Shown piece after piece: positions 35,656 through 47,222 of a stretch of DNA of 64,000 nucleotides. Location: NCBI GenBank assembly GCA_036867785.1, contig CP145424.1:248001-312000 (forward strand), given 5' to 3'. The notes below the pieces were generated by a model. That model worked only from the letters and a program-made list of their open reading frames with translations. It ran no database searches and was not told the origin of the DNA. Source of the stretch: Plasmodiophora brassicae (Eukaryota). Each line of letters starts with the position of its first letter. Position 1 is the stretch's first letter. The translations under genes and the position numbers were made by a program.

Positions 35656-36184
35656 ATGGACTCCGAAGATGGCCGGCCCGTCGTCGACCTCTACGCCGAC
35701 CTGCCCGACGTCCTGTACAACCTGCAGCTGAGCTGTGTAAGTCAACCGTCAATCCAGGGGCGCGCACCCTGTCGAAATGATCAGCCGACAGGCCACAGAC
35801 GAACTCGGCAAGGCGACTCAGGCGGTTGCCGGTATGAAAGAGCAGTTACGATCGTGCGAAACGACCCTTGATGTATGTCGCGTTGCCTCGATAGCACATC
35901 TACGACGGCTGGTTGATGACTGGCAAATTCAGTTAGCGCTATCGCAGAACAAAATCCTGATTCGTAACCTGAGCGTTCTGTTTTCAACCGCCAAGGCAGA
36001 GATCGAACGGAAAGACAGCATGATCGACGACCTTCGACAGGAGTACGCGCCTATCCATCGTCGTCCACCTCCTGCTAATCCGTCTAACCGGCGTCTTTCC
36101 AGAGTCACCTCACTGCGGGACGAGCTGCAGCGACTTCGCAGGCCCAGGCGCGCAGATCGCGACACAAACGTGCAGCCACAATAA
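35656..36184 (+). CDS. Small coiled-coil protein resembling the FLASH/CASP8AP2 N-terminal domain, multi-exon
   Basis: DLYADL followed by QNKILIRNLSVLFSTAKAEIERKDSMIDDLR. Confidence 0.6.
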
Positions 36185-36384
36185 AGTCGTTCGCTGCTGT
36201 TGCCATGTAGGCGCTGTCCGCCAGCCTCCCACTTGCGATTAGTCCCCCGTCCCGTGTGCGCCATGCAGTTGCAGGTGTCCGCGCTTCGGATGCAGCTCCG
36301 GCCCGCACAGTGCACGACCGACTGGGCGCTGTAGTTGCAGCTGCACAGGCCGCGACGCAGTGACCGTGTCAGTGCCGTCTGCCG

Positions 36385-37471
36385 ATGCTGGGCGTCGTAC
36401 GGCGGGCCACGCGTCGTATTGCCAGGGCGCCGGCGCGTTTCTGTCGGTACGAGTCGACGACGAGAGGTGCGTCGCCCTGGGTCGTCCGGACGGGCGTTCG
36501 CTGACGGGGGGCGGTGGCTAGTAGGCGAGCGCGGGCCGACAAAGGTGCCGAATGAGGACGAGGTCGATCGTATCGTGGAGGATTTGGGCGGGTATGGACA
36601 GGTAGACAAATATGGGAGCATTGCTGTCGCCCGACTGGTGACGTCATGTGGGTATAGTGCGTCCTACAGCTGTGGATCGCACAAGCGATGGAAGACCTGG
36701 AGGCGCGTCGAGGGTCGCCGATCCAGTTGCGACACGCGAACATGGCCGACCGGATCCGCCTGTTCGGCAGCGCCGAGACGAAAACGCTGACGATCAGCCA
36801 GAACGGCCTCGGGAAGACCAAGCAGGATCTGCAGGACGCCCTGGGGCCGCTCATGAACGCCAAAGAGGTGGATCTCGAGAAGTACATGGATGACGAGGCG
36901 ACAACGCCCGCGGTGCTGCTCAGGCAGCGATTCGTGTCGACGTTCTTCGTGGCACATCGCGTGCGTGTGTACGAGTGTTTCGTTCCGGATCGCTGAGCAT
37001 CTTGTGTCTAGGTGGAAATCTTCGCACGGTCGTTCTTGGATGACGCTCATGGGACGTACTGGTGTACGGAAGCCATGGGGCCGAGTAACGCCGACTTCCG
37101 CAAAGACGATGTCGAGATGGGCATGAAGGTCGTGCTCCACCTGCGAGACGAGTATATGGGGCTCACAGAGGCCGACCATCTGCGTCGGAAGGTGCTGGCG
37201 CTGTGTAAGAGTCGCATGATGATCAGCAACCACATTTTCCCGGTGTTCGTTAACGGACGGAGAGTGAGCGTTATCGGTGGACGGCCATTGAACAAGGAAG
37301 AAAATGAGCCCACGCCAGCATTCGTAAGCCCATCATGACGACGTGCAGCTGTCGATTATCATTGCTCACATTTCTGTGTGCGTTCAGACGCCGGAGGAGA
37401 TGGAGCAGCAGTGCGAACCGGGACCGACAAGCTTCAAGACGCACCCTGCCAACTTCAAGAGGGATCTGTGA
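36385..37471 (+). CDS. Degenerate HSP90/TRAP1-like N-terminal domain protein with mitochondrial presequence, multi-exon
   Basis: MLGVVRRATRRIARAPARF; KTLTISQNGLGKTKQDLQDALG, FVSTFFVAHRV.VEIFARS, GMKVVLHLRDE, FPVFVNG. Confidence 0.7.
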
Positions 37472-38212
37472 AGCATTAACGACCCTGCTGTGTCATCTTG
37501 CGAGTGATCGATGCCCGACCTGTTTGTGATGGGCTGGGTAATGAACCCATGGCTAGAGTGTATTGCAAGGGGGACGGAGTCGGCTATGGAATGACATCAT
37601 TCATTGACGATCGTGGCCAGCAAGTTGCTGGCATGTCCCCTCGACGACATCCTTGGTCATGGATTGCCTTAGATGGCCTGCCTTCCTGCCCAAGATGGCA
37701 TCGGTGAATCCAGGCAGCCAGTGACTGGACTTCTCCTTGATGATGGGGTAATGAGTGTGAGATACCCTCCATTGATAGCGGCGTTAGGGATCGTTCTGGG
37801 CACCAGCCTCTTCGAACGGAACGGTCCGGCAGTCACCTGCTGTCCTGATGTACCGCGGTCACACATCCGGGCTGCAATCGATGTGGATATCGGATCCATA
37901 GAAACCTGGTCAGGCACTTGTCCCTAATGCCGGCAACTTCGAGTGATTGCACCTGCACAATACTATACCGCTAACATCATCGATGTATGCGGTATACGCT
38001 GCCTACCTCTGAGTTGCCTGTCACTTCAGGTGCTGCTCCTCCACAAATCGTCCGTTCACAGTACAGTCGTTGTACCCTGCGAGGCTCTGTTTTCTGAAGA
38101 GCGAGTAACCGAAGGCGTAGTCTTGCAACGCGGTGGAACGTGTTATCGCAACCTCACCACTCGGTCTACAATGGTTCGGGCTCAGTAATATTCTACATCG
38201 ATACAGGCGGCA

Positions 38213-39995
38213 TTAACCCTTTATGGCTTCGGAGTTTTCGACGCAATCGTGTCGCATATAGAAACTGCAATAACTTTTTGAATATCGCATGTAGAAACGT
38301 CCGACCAACAGATTCGAATAGAACACGACGCGAGGAGCATACAGATGGTTTCAGCCCATCCAGACGACAATTATAACAAAAGTTAGATTATGCGGAAAGT
38401 CGCTTCGACACGATCGCGTCGCTAATTTGGGCAAGCCATAACTTTATATGTAGCTGTCCAAATGGAACAGCTTTAACGGGAGCTGGTGCCACAGATCATG
38501 AGAGCGCGGCGGTATGCCGCGTCAAGGCCGTCCGGATTCCTGGATCACACACGGTTGGCGAGTTCCGAGCACCCACGGGGTTCCTCGACGAGAACGGCTA
38601 GGAAAGGCGTTAGCTCCGGGTTTCTCGCGTGCGACAAGTGCATACGCTATGCCAAGCGGAAAGTGGTCGCCAAAGCTCACGAATTATCCGATGCCGATGC
38701 CCGAGCCGAGGTGACGGAGGCGAAGTCGCGTTCATATCGGCCGAGTTCCGCTGTGGTTGACGCGATAGACACGCCGCAAAGGGTGATAACGAACGAAACC
38801 TCAACAATGTCGCCGTTCAAGATCAGTCCGCTCATTAGAGTGCATATTACGTTCCTGTTATTTAGGTCAAACCCATGCACAGGACAACAGCGAGCCACTC
38901 TCTCAGTCCCTGCAGTAGTCAACGGTCGCCAATCGCGGTATATACGTACTTGACCTGTGCAGCATAGATGTTCGTACAACGTACAATCGTATTCAGCATG
39001 GACGTATCCAGGAACTGCCCAAAGATCAAGTGGACGGCGTCGTGCTCACTTAGTGTGTCCACGCCTTCGAACTTCGTGCGGGGCGGACCCGTACGTGGCA
39101 CGGCTCAGAAACTCTGGAATATCTAGCAGGAACGTTCCGTCCTAGATACTCTCTGGATGTTCGATATTCCACCCGTATACGTTCATCTACAAGGTCGCCA
39201 GCTAGCGCCAGTATCGCAGAGACCAACGTGTACGCGAATACGATGCCCATGACCGTCCAATTGAACAACGCCAGATCCATCGTTATCATCGGCGCCGTCA
39301 TCATCGGAAGCGTCAACCTCGACTGGCTGGGCCTCGTACGGATCTGGATTGGATTCTGAGCCGTCAGAGTCGGTTTCTGGCGCAAAGACGTGAAGCACTT
39401 CGCCTCTATCGACTTGGTCCACTCCGATGTCGTCGTCAGCATGACCCTCACCGACATCTTGGGCGTTATCTGCGACATCAAGGACCAGTGAGCAAATCTG
39501 TCGCGACTTGAACATTGCCTATTACCTCCTAGAGGTGTACGGTTAGGAGCTGGAGCTGCTGGTGCGCTGCCACTGCCTGCCAGAGATGGATCTCCCGCAG
39601 GACCTCCGCCTGACCCCTTCCGCGACGAACATGTCATGCGATTGTGACCGAGCGCCTTGCAATACGAGCACTTGTACTGTCGTCTGGGTATGCCAGCATC
39701 CCCTCCGACATCTGCTGCGCCGGCCATTGTGCTTTGACCTACAGTACGCTCAGAATTTGGCGGGACTGCTTTTGACCAGTCCTAGACACGATCGTGACTA
39801 ACTTTCAATGTCCGATAACTTTTCATGGAATTTTGATAGGAAGTTATAATTTCGTTTATTTGGAGAAATGCATGGTCGGGTCGCCCAGTAAAATTTTCAG
39901 ATGCGAATAACCTCACCAGTCTGCGCAATGAATGTCAGAAAATCGAAATCCCGAATTTGCGACGCAATTGTGTCGCAAAAACGGTAAAGGGTTAA
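38213..39995 (-). mobile_element. Non-autonomous/internally deleted piggyBac-like DNA transposon
   Basis: TTAA-CCCTTTA at 38213 and TAAAGGG-TTAA ending 39995; subterminal CGAC(A/G)CAAT..GTCGC repeats; relic LIFGQFLDTSMLNTIVRCTNIYA. Confidence 0.85.
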
Positions 39996-41162
39996 GGGAC
40001 TTTGCATGTTTATTCGAATTGCAGCACTTTGCTCAACACGGTTGAACGACCAGACGAACAACGCTGAAAGACAAACTGGTACTAGCGTCGCGCAGCGTGT
40101 TCTTCACCTGGAAGAAAACCGAACTACAATTGGCGATACACTAGCCTGATGTGTTAATGCAGACAGTGGAACGATGAATAGTGGTGGCGGCGAACGTGCG
40201 ACGCACTAACACGGTAGCAAATGATGTAGAACGATCAAGTGCTTCCTCCAGAAAGGTGAAAATGAAATGTTGGCGTCCCGATTGGTCGTTATCGGCACTA
40301 GTCAGCAGATAAGACCACCAAGGACGCCATGAGTTTGCTTTTGGACGCAGGCAACCAGGGTCACCAATGTTTTGACCGGCACGCCCATAGACAAAAGGGC
40401 GGGCCGGCTTCGAACAGTCCATGAACCGTCATCACATAATGACGCCACCTGCAAACCATTTGTCAGACACGGTTTCGGCAATGCAAGATCAATAGGAAAG
40501 TGAACGTCGCGTTCAGAACGGTTAAGTTGTCCGCACGATCACCTCAGTAGACCATCGCGAGAATAATTGGATTCATCAACGCAAACGATAATAAAACCGT
40601 AAACAGACGCAAAGGAAGACACCAACCTGATCATCCAACAGCGTTCTCGACGCCGAGCGGCAGTTGCCTGAACACAACGTGTCAGGTACAATACGCAGGA
40701 CTACACGCTGGCAAACGATAAATCAAAATGTCTCCGTTGAATCTATCGCGGTTCTCGTCAAAGCCGAGGCTTGGAGTGGTGCATGGTCACGAATAAACTC
40801 TTCATCGACAGCAACAACAGCAACAAACGTGCAACCTTAGCATACCGTTTCGCATCCGGAACCATGCAGCAAAGTTCGACATCGAGAACGCTGTCGCGCT
40901 GCAAATGGCATTGTGATTTGCGATGGGCTGTCCGCCGTCGCGCCGTGCCGCGGGGTCCGCCACGGCGTCCGTGGCGCAGCCGCCTGCCCGCACGATATAC
41001 GTTTTAGGGCGCAGCTCATACAGCGAACATGTCCTCGGCCGTATATACGACGAAGGAGTGCAGGGTTGGTACATGTGACGCTGAAATCGCGCGCGAACGC
41101 ACATTGCTTCCGGCGTCAAGCACGACGATGATAACAGGCTCACGTAGATGGCGTAGCGTTCT

Positions 41163-42519
41163 TTATGTATCAATCCATTTGAGGGACCCGTAGAGAAGGC
41201 AGGTATATGGTAGTGGTCCCGGGCAGGGTGCCAGTATCTTCAGGGAATGTTTCGCGCTCTCGACGGCGGCAACGAACACGAAACCGGCGACGGGCGCCGT
41301 TAACAGTTCTTCAGGGGACGACGCTTGCGACACGGCCAGAATCGAATTGTTGAACTCGTTGGATGGTGTAACAGGCATGATCTGATTCGGTTCCAGCTGA
41401 CGTTCTTCGCCGATGGGCAGCATGGTTGATGGCGCCTGCGCCAGGCCGCCGACTTGGTACACGCCGACAGCGTTGTATCGCAGGACGGACGTATGAGGGC
41501 ACAGGTCGCCCGACACGCCGTAAAAGTATTGCCGGACGCGCTTATGCATCTGAAGACGACGTGTAGATGGATCTCTCGCGATAACGCCGCCCGACTTCGG
41601 CACCTGTGGCACCCGCTGATTACTATCCCAGAAATAACAGCAGTACCTGGCCGCACTGATCCTACCTTAACAACAACAACGCCCGCTAGTTCCGGTTCGT
41701 TACCGAGCTGTGCCCGAAGTCGATCTTGCCCGATCACGACGATATGTGAAATGCGGAGCAGTTTCGCCACCTCGATAATCATCTTGTACCCTTCGCCGTC
41801 CGTCCACCCGCACGTGCTGACTACGAACCCGCTGCGGCGCTCGTCTTCGTGGACGCCGAACCTCTTATCGACAGCAGCGCCCAGCTGCTGAACACAGGTC
41901 TTGTAATGGTCGACGTTCTCGACCGGCGCCACGTGACCGTAAAAGAAGACGACAGGAACGCGATGTGTCAACCCTTTCTCGACATCGAACGGATGCAGTA
42001 TAGACGTCGCTGCTACCGCTCCCGGAATAGCAATGTCGTTATGGCCGACATCGATATCGAGGAACAGAGGACGGCGTCCGGCCCGCACCGAGTACGACAG
42101 CAAGATCCTCGCCAGCGTCGATTTCCCGGAATCACTACTGCCGACAATCATGACGCGAGGGCCGTCGGCGGACGATTCGCGAAGTGCATCAATCTTCGAA
42201 TGCAAGTTGATATACTCGCGCATTGGCGTCTCGTCCGATATATAAACGACCGCGGTTCGCCCTTTAACCTCTGAACGAAACGCGTTAACAGACGGACAGG
42301 CGCGGGTGACGGTTCGTACATACCAAGGGAGCATCCGTGCCACGTGTAGATCGCAGCGGCGTCGGCCAGACTGTACTCGACGTCTTTGGCGAGTTCCGTC
42401 CCGAACAGTTCAGCGGTCCCATTCAGGAGACGCACGGTCACCGCCTGGTCCGGCAGCGTCTCCAGACGCAGCTCGGACTCGGACGCCAACTGGAACTTCT
42501 GCACCGGCGTCTCCTCCAT
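41163..42519 (-). CDS. CLP1: Polyribonucleotide 5'-kinase / mRNA cleavage factor Clp1, multi-exon
   Basis: ESELRLE, GTAELFGTEL, AIYTWHGC, GPRVMIVGSSDSGKSTL, LDIDVGHNDIAIPG, KSGGVIAR, VAGFVFV..LAPCPGPLP. Confidence 0.95.
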
Positions 42520-42866
42520 CCCGGATAGCCGCACTGCCGCAGTTTCCGCCGCCCCTGGCACTGACGACGGCTTTCCTCCATCGCCACGGGAGGGGGACGG
42601 GCGGACGGCGAACTGCGCACTGCAATCACCGCATCGCCTACGACTGCCGCGTATCGCACTCTGTGAACTGCATTCGACGCACTTGGAGCTACACATCACG
42701 ATTCGGCACACACAGTTGAGCTGCACATCAACGCAGTGCGAGGCTACCCGGTCATTAATGTATGTGTCGAGCTGCACACCATCCCAAGTGGGCCAGCAGG
42801 AGGGCATATCACCGGATATAGGTCGTGGACGATCAGGTGGTACGATCGGTTGAAGCCCCAACGAGG

Positions 42867-44336
42867 ATGTATGCGACAAGTGTTGCGTCGTACGTGGTGT
42901 ATCCGGTCCTGACGGCGGTGTTCGTCGTGTACTACAGCGTCGTGCTGGTGCTGTTCTGGAGGCGATGGCGCCTGAGCCCGATCCGGCACATGATGCCGAA
43001 GCACATGTTCCTGGCCAGCGTGTTCGCAGCGTGCTTCTCGACGCTGATCTGCTTCGTCCACATCGTCAACGATACCATCAGCTACTTTGCGTTCATAATC
43101 ATATGCCAGATCCCGTTCTGTCTCACGTGCGATATCTACGTTGTCATTGGCGCGTCGCTGTACCTGGCATTCAATAAGACCCAGGACCAGCTGAAGCTGA
43201 ACGCCCTCGCGCAACAACGAGGTGACGTCGACAGGCAGATGGAGATCGCCAGGTGGATCCGGGTTTCGAACACACTGCTGAAGCCGCGCACTGGCGTCAT
43301 CTTTATGGCAATCAGCGTGTCCGCCCAGGTCCTTGTGCAGACGGTCTACGGGTTGTATCACTGGGCCGACGTATCCAACACGTTGGCGGACGCCGACAAC
43401 GCGAACCCATACGTGTCAACATTCACGAACGTCGCGGTTTACAAAAGCCTTGTCAACACGCTGATCTTCGTCATTCTCGCGTTTCGCCTGCGAATCGTCG
43501 TTGACGCACATGGCATGAAACAGAACCTGAAGCGCATCGGTAAGTGGTCGCTGATCGGCTTCGCGGTCTACCTGGCGCTGTACCCGTTCACGAAGTATTT
43601 CGTGTTCAACCCGTCGAATCCCATCACGGCCGTGATCGCCTGCATCGTGTTCACGTTCTCGGCCACGATCCCGGTCTGGCAGACGTATCAGCCGGATCAC
43701 ACTGCTGTCGACGACGCCACCCACATCAAGCTGAACATGTTCGAGAAGCTGCTGAATACCAAGGCCGGATATGACGCCTTCTACGACCAGCTCACGAGGG
43801 AGTTCGCCGTTGAGAACCTCCTGTTCTGGACCGAGACGGAAACCTTCCGAAAGTCGTTTCAGTCGGGGCGGGGTATAATTCGACAAGGGTTCTTCCCGGA
43901 TCATCAGGCGGGATCCGTTTCGCTTCCGGCGGACACTGGTCGGGTAGACCTGCCTAACGGGAAGGATGCTGATTCTGCCGCGCAGATGGCCAGGTCGATC
44001 TACGCCAAGTACATTGGCAATGACGCGCCTCTGGAAGTGAATCTGTCAAGCGACCTGTTCCGGTACTATCGGGCCTTCTTCGAGAGCGGCGACGATATAA
44101 CAACGAAGGACGGTTTCGGCCCGCTTCTGTTCGCCAGGGCATCCGCCTGCATTCTGGCGCTGATGGAGTCGAACTCGCTCGCGCATTTCAAGGTTCGCCA
44201 CGCGGCCGTCTGGCAAGGGTTCCTGGACTCTCTCCAGGAGGCGACCGTACTGGACCGGTTCACAATCGGGGTAGATGACAGCATCACGCCCAACCGCCCA
44301 GATGCGGGCACCTCTCACTCACCATCAATCGCGTAA
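42867..44336 (+). CDS. 7TM-RGS protein (copy 1)
   Basis: About seven hydrophobic helices then RGS box: GYDAFYDQLTREFAVENLLFW..IYAKYIGNDAPLEVNLS..LMESNSLAHF. Confidence 0.9.
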   Translation: MYATSVASYVVYPVLTAVFVVYYSVVLVLFWRRWRLSPIRHMMPKHMFLASVFAACFSTLICFVHIVNDTISYFAFIIICQIPFCLTCDIYVVIGASLYLAFNKTQDQLKLNALAQQRGDVDRQMEIARWIRVSNTLLKPRTGVIFMAISVSAQVLVQTVYGLYHWADVSNTLADADNANPYVSTFTNVAVYKSLVNTLIFVILAFRLRIVVDAHGMKQNLKRIGKWSLIGFAVYLALYPFTKYFVFNPSNPITAVIACIVFTFSATIPVWQTYQPDHTAVDDATHIKLNMFEKLLNTKAGYDAFYDQLTREFAVENLLFWTETETFRKSFQSGRGIIRQGFFPDHQAGSVSLPADTGRVDLPNGKDADSAAQMARSIYAKYIGNDAPLEVNLSSDLFRYYRAFFESGDDITTKDGFGPLLFARASACILALMESNSLAHFKVRHAAVWQGFLDSLQEATVLDRFTIGVDDSITPNRPDAGTSHSPSIA

Positions 44337-44429
44337 TAAACGCACCAAAGCATCGCTGCCGGGATACGGGCGCGCGTGACGACGATCCCCATGTGGTACC
44401 TTTAATACTCAGCTGAGCCCGCCAGCTCG

Positions 44430-45875
44430 ATGTATGCGAAGGATGCGGCCGGGTTCGTGGTCTACCCTGTGCTGTCGTCGCTGTTCGCTGTGTACTACAG
44501 CGTCGTGCTGGTGCTGTTCTGGAGGCGGCGGCGGCTGAGCCCGATCCGACACATGATGCCGCGGCACATGTTCCTGGCCAGCGTGTTCGCAGCGGCGTTC
44601 TCGTTCCTGATCCTGTTCACGCACATCGTCAACGATTCAATCAGCTACTTCGCGTTCATCCTGATAACACAGACGCCGTTCTGCATCAGCTGCGACATCT
44701 ACGTTGTGATCAGCGCGTCGCTGTACCTGGCGTTCAACAGGACCCAAGACCAGCTGAAGCTCGCGCAGCCAGGCGCCGACGGCAGCAGCAGGCAGCGAAG
44801 TATCGCCAGGTGGATCCACGTCTCAAACGTTCTTCTCAAGCCTCGTATCGGCGCCGTCTTCATGCTGGTCAGCGTGTCGGTACAACTCCTCGTCCAAATC
44901 ATCTACGGGTGGCACCACTGGGACGACGTATCCGTCAGTATGGCGTACGCTGACATATCGAACCCATTCGTGGCGACGTTCACGAACGTGGCTATCTACA
45001 AAAGCCTCGTCAACACTGTGCTCTTCGTCATCCTGGCATTCCGCCTGCGAATCGTGGTGGACGCGCATGGCATGAAACAGAACCTGAAGCGTATCGGCAA
45101 GTGGGTTCTGTTTGGTTTCACGATCTACTTGGCGATGTACCCGTTCGGTGACTACTTCGCGTTCAACCCGACGAGCCCGATCATCGCAGCTCTGGCCTTC
45201 ATCGTGTTCACATTCTCGGCAACGATCCCGGTCTGGCAGACGACCCAGCCTGAACACATTGCCATCGAGGACATCACCCAGGCCAAGGCCAACCTGTTCG
45301 AGAAGCTGTTGAACACGAAGCCTGGGTATGAGGCCTTCCGAGAACAACTGACCAGGGAGTTCGCCATCGAGAACCTCCTGTTCTGGACCGAGACGGAAGC
45401 GTTCCGAAAGTCGTTCCTGGCTGGGCGCCCTCATGTGATTCGCCAGGGGTTCTTCCCCGACGCGGGTTCCGCTCTCGGCGCAGCCGATCAGGGCAGCGAC
45501 AGGGACGTGCGCCCCTTCGCAGACATGGCAACGTCGATCTACTCCAAGTTCATTGCCCAGGAGGCGCCGTTGCAGGTCAACCTGTCCAGTGACCTGTTCC
45601 GATACTATCATGCGTTCTTCGAGGGCGGTGAAGACATCGCGGGCAAGGACGGGTTCGGGCCGCTCCTGTTCGCCAGGGCCTCCGCCTGTATCCTGGCGCT
45701 GATGGAGTCGAACTCGCTGGCGTACTTCAAGGTCCACCGTCCGGACATCTGGCAAGGATTCCTGGACTCGCTCCAGGAGGAGTCCGTACTGGATCGGTTT
45801 ACAATCGGGGTAGATGATAACACCATGCCGTTCCGCACAGGTGCTAGCAATTCTCACTCGCCATCAACCGCGTAA
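44430..45875 (+). CDS. 7TM-RGS protein (copy 2, tandem paralog)
   Basis: Same architecture; EFAIENLLFW, IYSKFIAQEAPLQVNLS. Confidence 0.9.
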   Translation: MYAKDAAGFVVYPVLSSLFAVYYSVVLVLFWRRRRLSPIRHMMPRHMFLASVFAAAFSFLILFTHIVNDSISYFAFILITQTPFCISCDIYVVISASLYLAFNRTQDQLKLAQPGADGSSRQRSIARWIHVSNVLLKPRIGAVFMLVSVSVQLLVQIIYGWHHWDDVSVSMAYADISNPFVATFTNVAIYKSLVNTVLFVILAFRLRIVVDAHGMKQNLKRIGKWVLFGFTIYLAMYPFGDYFAFNPTSPIIAALAFIVFTFSATIPVWQTTQPEHIAIEDITQAKANLFEKLLNTKPGYEAFREQLTREFAIENLLFWTETEAFRKSFLAGRPHVIRQGFFPDAGSALGAADQGSDRDVRPFADMATSIYSKFIAQEAPLQVNLSSDLFRYYHAFFEGGEDIAGKDGFGPLLFARASACILALMESNSLAYFKVHRPDIWQGFLDSLQEESVLDRFTIGVDDNTMPFRTGASNSHSPSTA

Positions 45876-46399
45876 TACACAGTGGCTGGCGAAAGAACCT
45901 CTGGCTTTGCAAGCGACGGACGGAATTGCAATGCAATATCATGTGGAAGGACGTGACGCGAAATGCACTTGGCCAAAAGCTGGTTGGACGTTCGCAGGAA
46001 GTCGAACGTCGCTGTCCACCGCTGGACTGATGCTTTGCGTTGGCATCCAGAACGCTGTAAACTACTGAGTGGAAATCACCAATACCGAACACCTAGCCAT
46101 TTGCGAATAGATCATGTGCCTTCCACGGTCGTCGAACGAAGCAGCTGAAGCAGCTGAAGCAGCTCTTGGGTTGATCCGCATTACCTATATGCGAGACTTA
46201 TGATTCTCTTGAAAGTTAAACATACCCGTGCGCCAACGAAATTTACGGGGCATGGGCCCTCCATCGATGCAGAAATGACACACCGCCATCCCTGTTCCTC
46301 AAGAAATCCAACAAGATCCCGAATGTTCACTGTGAGGAACTCGAAAAACCTACCCATTCAGACGCAAAGTGTCATGGTTCATATTGGCATGCATCAGGG

Positions 46400-47084
46400 T
46401 GGCACCGGCGACAGCGCGCCATGGGTTCGCCCAATCCTGCGGGACCTGGTCGACGACGTACACATATACCGGCCCCTGCCGATGAACATTGTAGATTCGA
46501 GGCCAGCGTACCAACGCCTTGTTGGTGCCGCCGTGCATAACGACCTGCAGCGTGAGATCGGACGAAAGGTTGCGGCATCCTTTGTCAACGGGGAAGCGAG
46601 CATCACCTTGATCAACAATGGGCACTTCACCTGGGACGGCGATAACGTGCTGGACTGGGACGTTCGCTGGAGCGATATTCACGGTGACGCGGTTGTCGAG
46701 ATGCTAGTGAATGCACCCGGCATCGTTGGCGACCTGCCCATGAAGCCTAAACCACGGCTGTTGACGCCGCTCCAGAAAGTGGCAGCGTTCGGTAGAGCGC
46801 GGGTCGTTGACCTGCTACTGGGCGTCCCCGACAATAAGGTCGACGCAGGCACCGGGGCACATGGTGGCACAGATCTGCATAGGTGCTGTGATAGATCGAA
46901 CACGGAGCGGACGTTAACGCGCTTGAACCGCTGCGCCTGGCGGCGCGACACCCAGTGCACGATCACGTTATCCCTTGCTACTGGAGAACGGGGCGCGGGT
47001 GAATGCCAAGGACAGAAACCGGCAGACACCGCTTGGATCACGCTAGGGCTGCAGGACAACATGATCGCTTTGAGCCCCAGCTAG
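46400..47084 (+). pseudogene. Degenerate ankyrin-repeat gene remnant
   Basis: VVEMLVNAPGI, TPLQKVAAFGRARVVDLLL, GGTDLH; later repeats broken; weak codon bias. Confidence 0.5.
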
Positions 47085-47222
47085 AAATTGACAAGGTGAC
47101 CGCAAACCGACGGGCCCTGTCGATCGTTACACTGATCATCCTCAACGTTGCCGGCCGATGTGTGCCAGCCTTACACACCCAGAGTCAGCAACGAACGCGG
47201 GGCGGTGTATCCCATAATTGTT

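Noticed and set aside
40000-41100. Lower-GC region next to the piggyBac element
   Set aside because: No recognisable ORF, RNA gene or repeat; left unannotated
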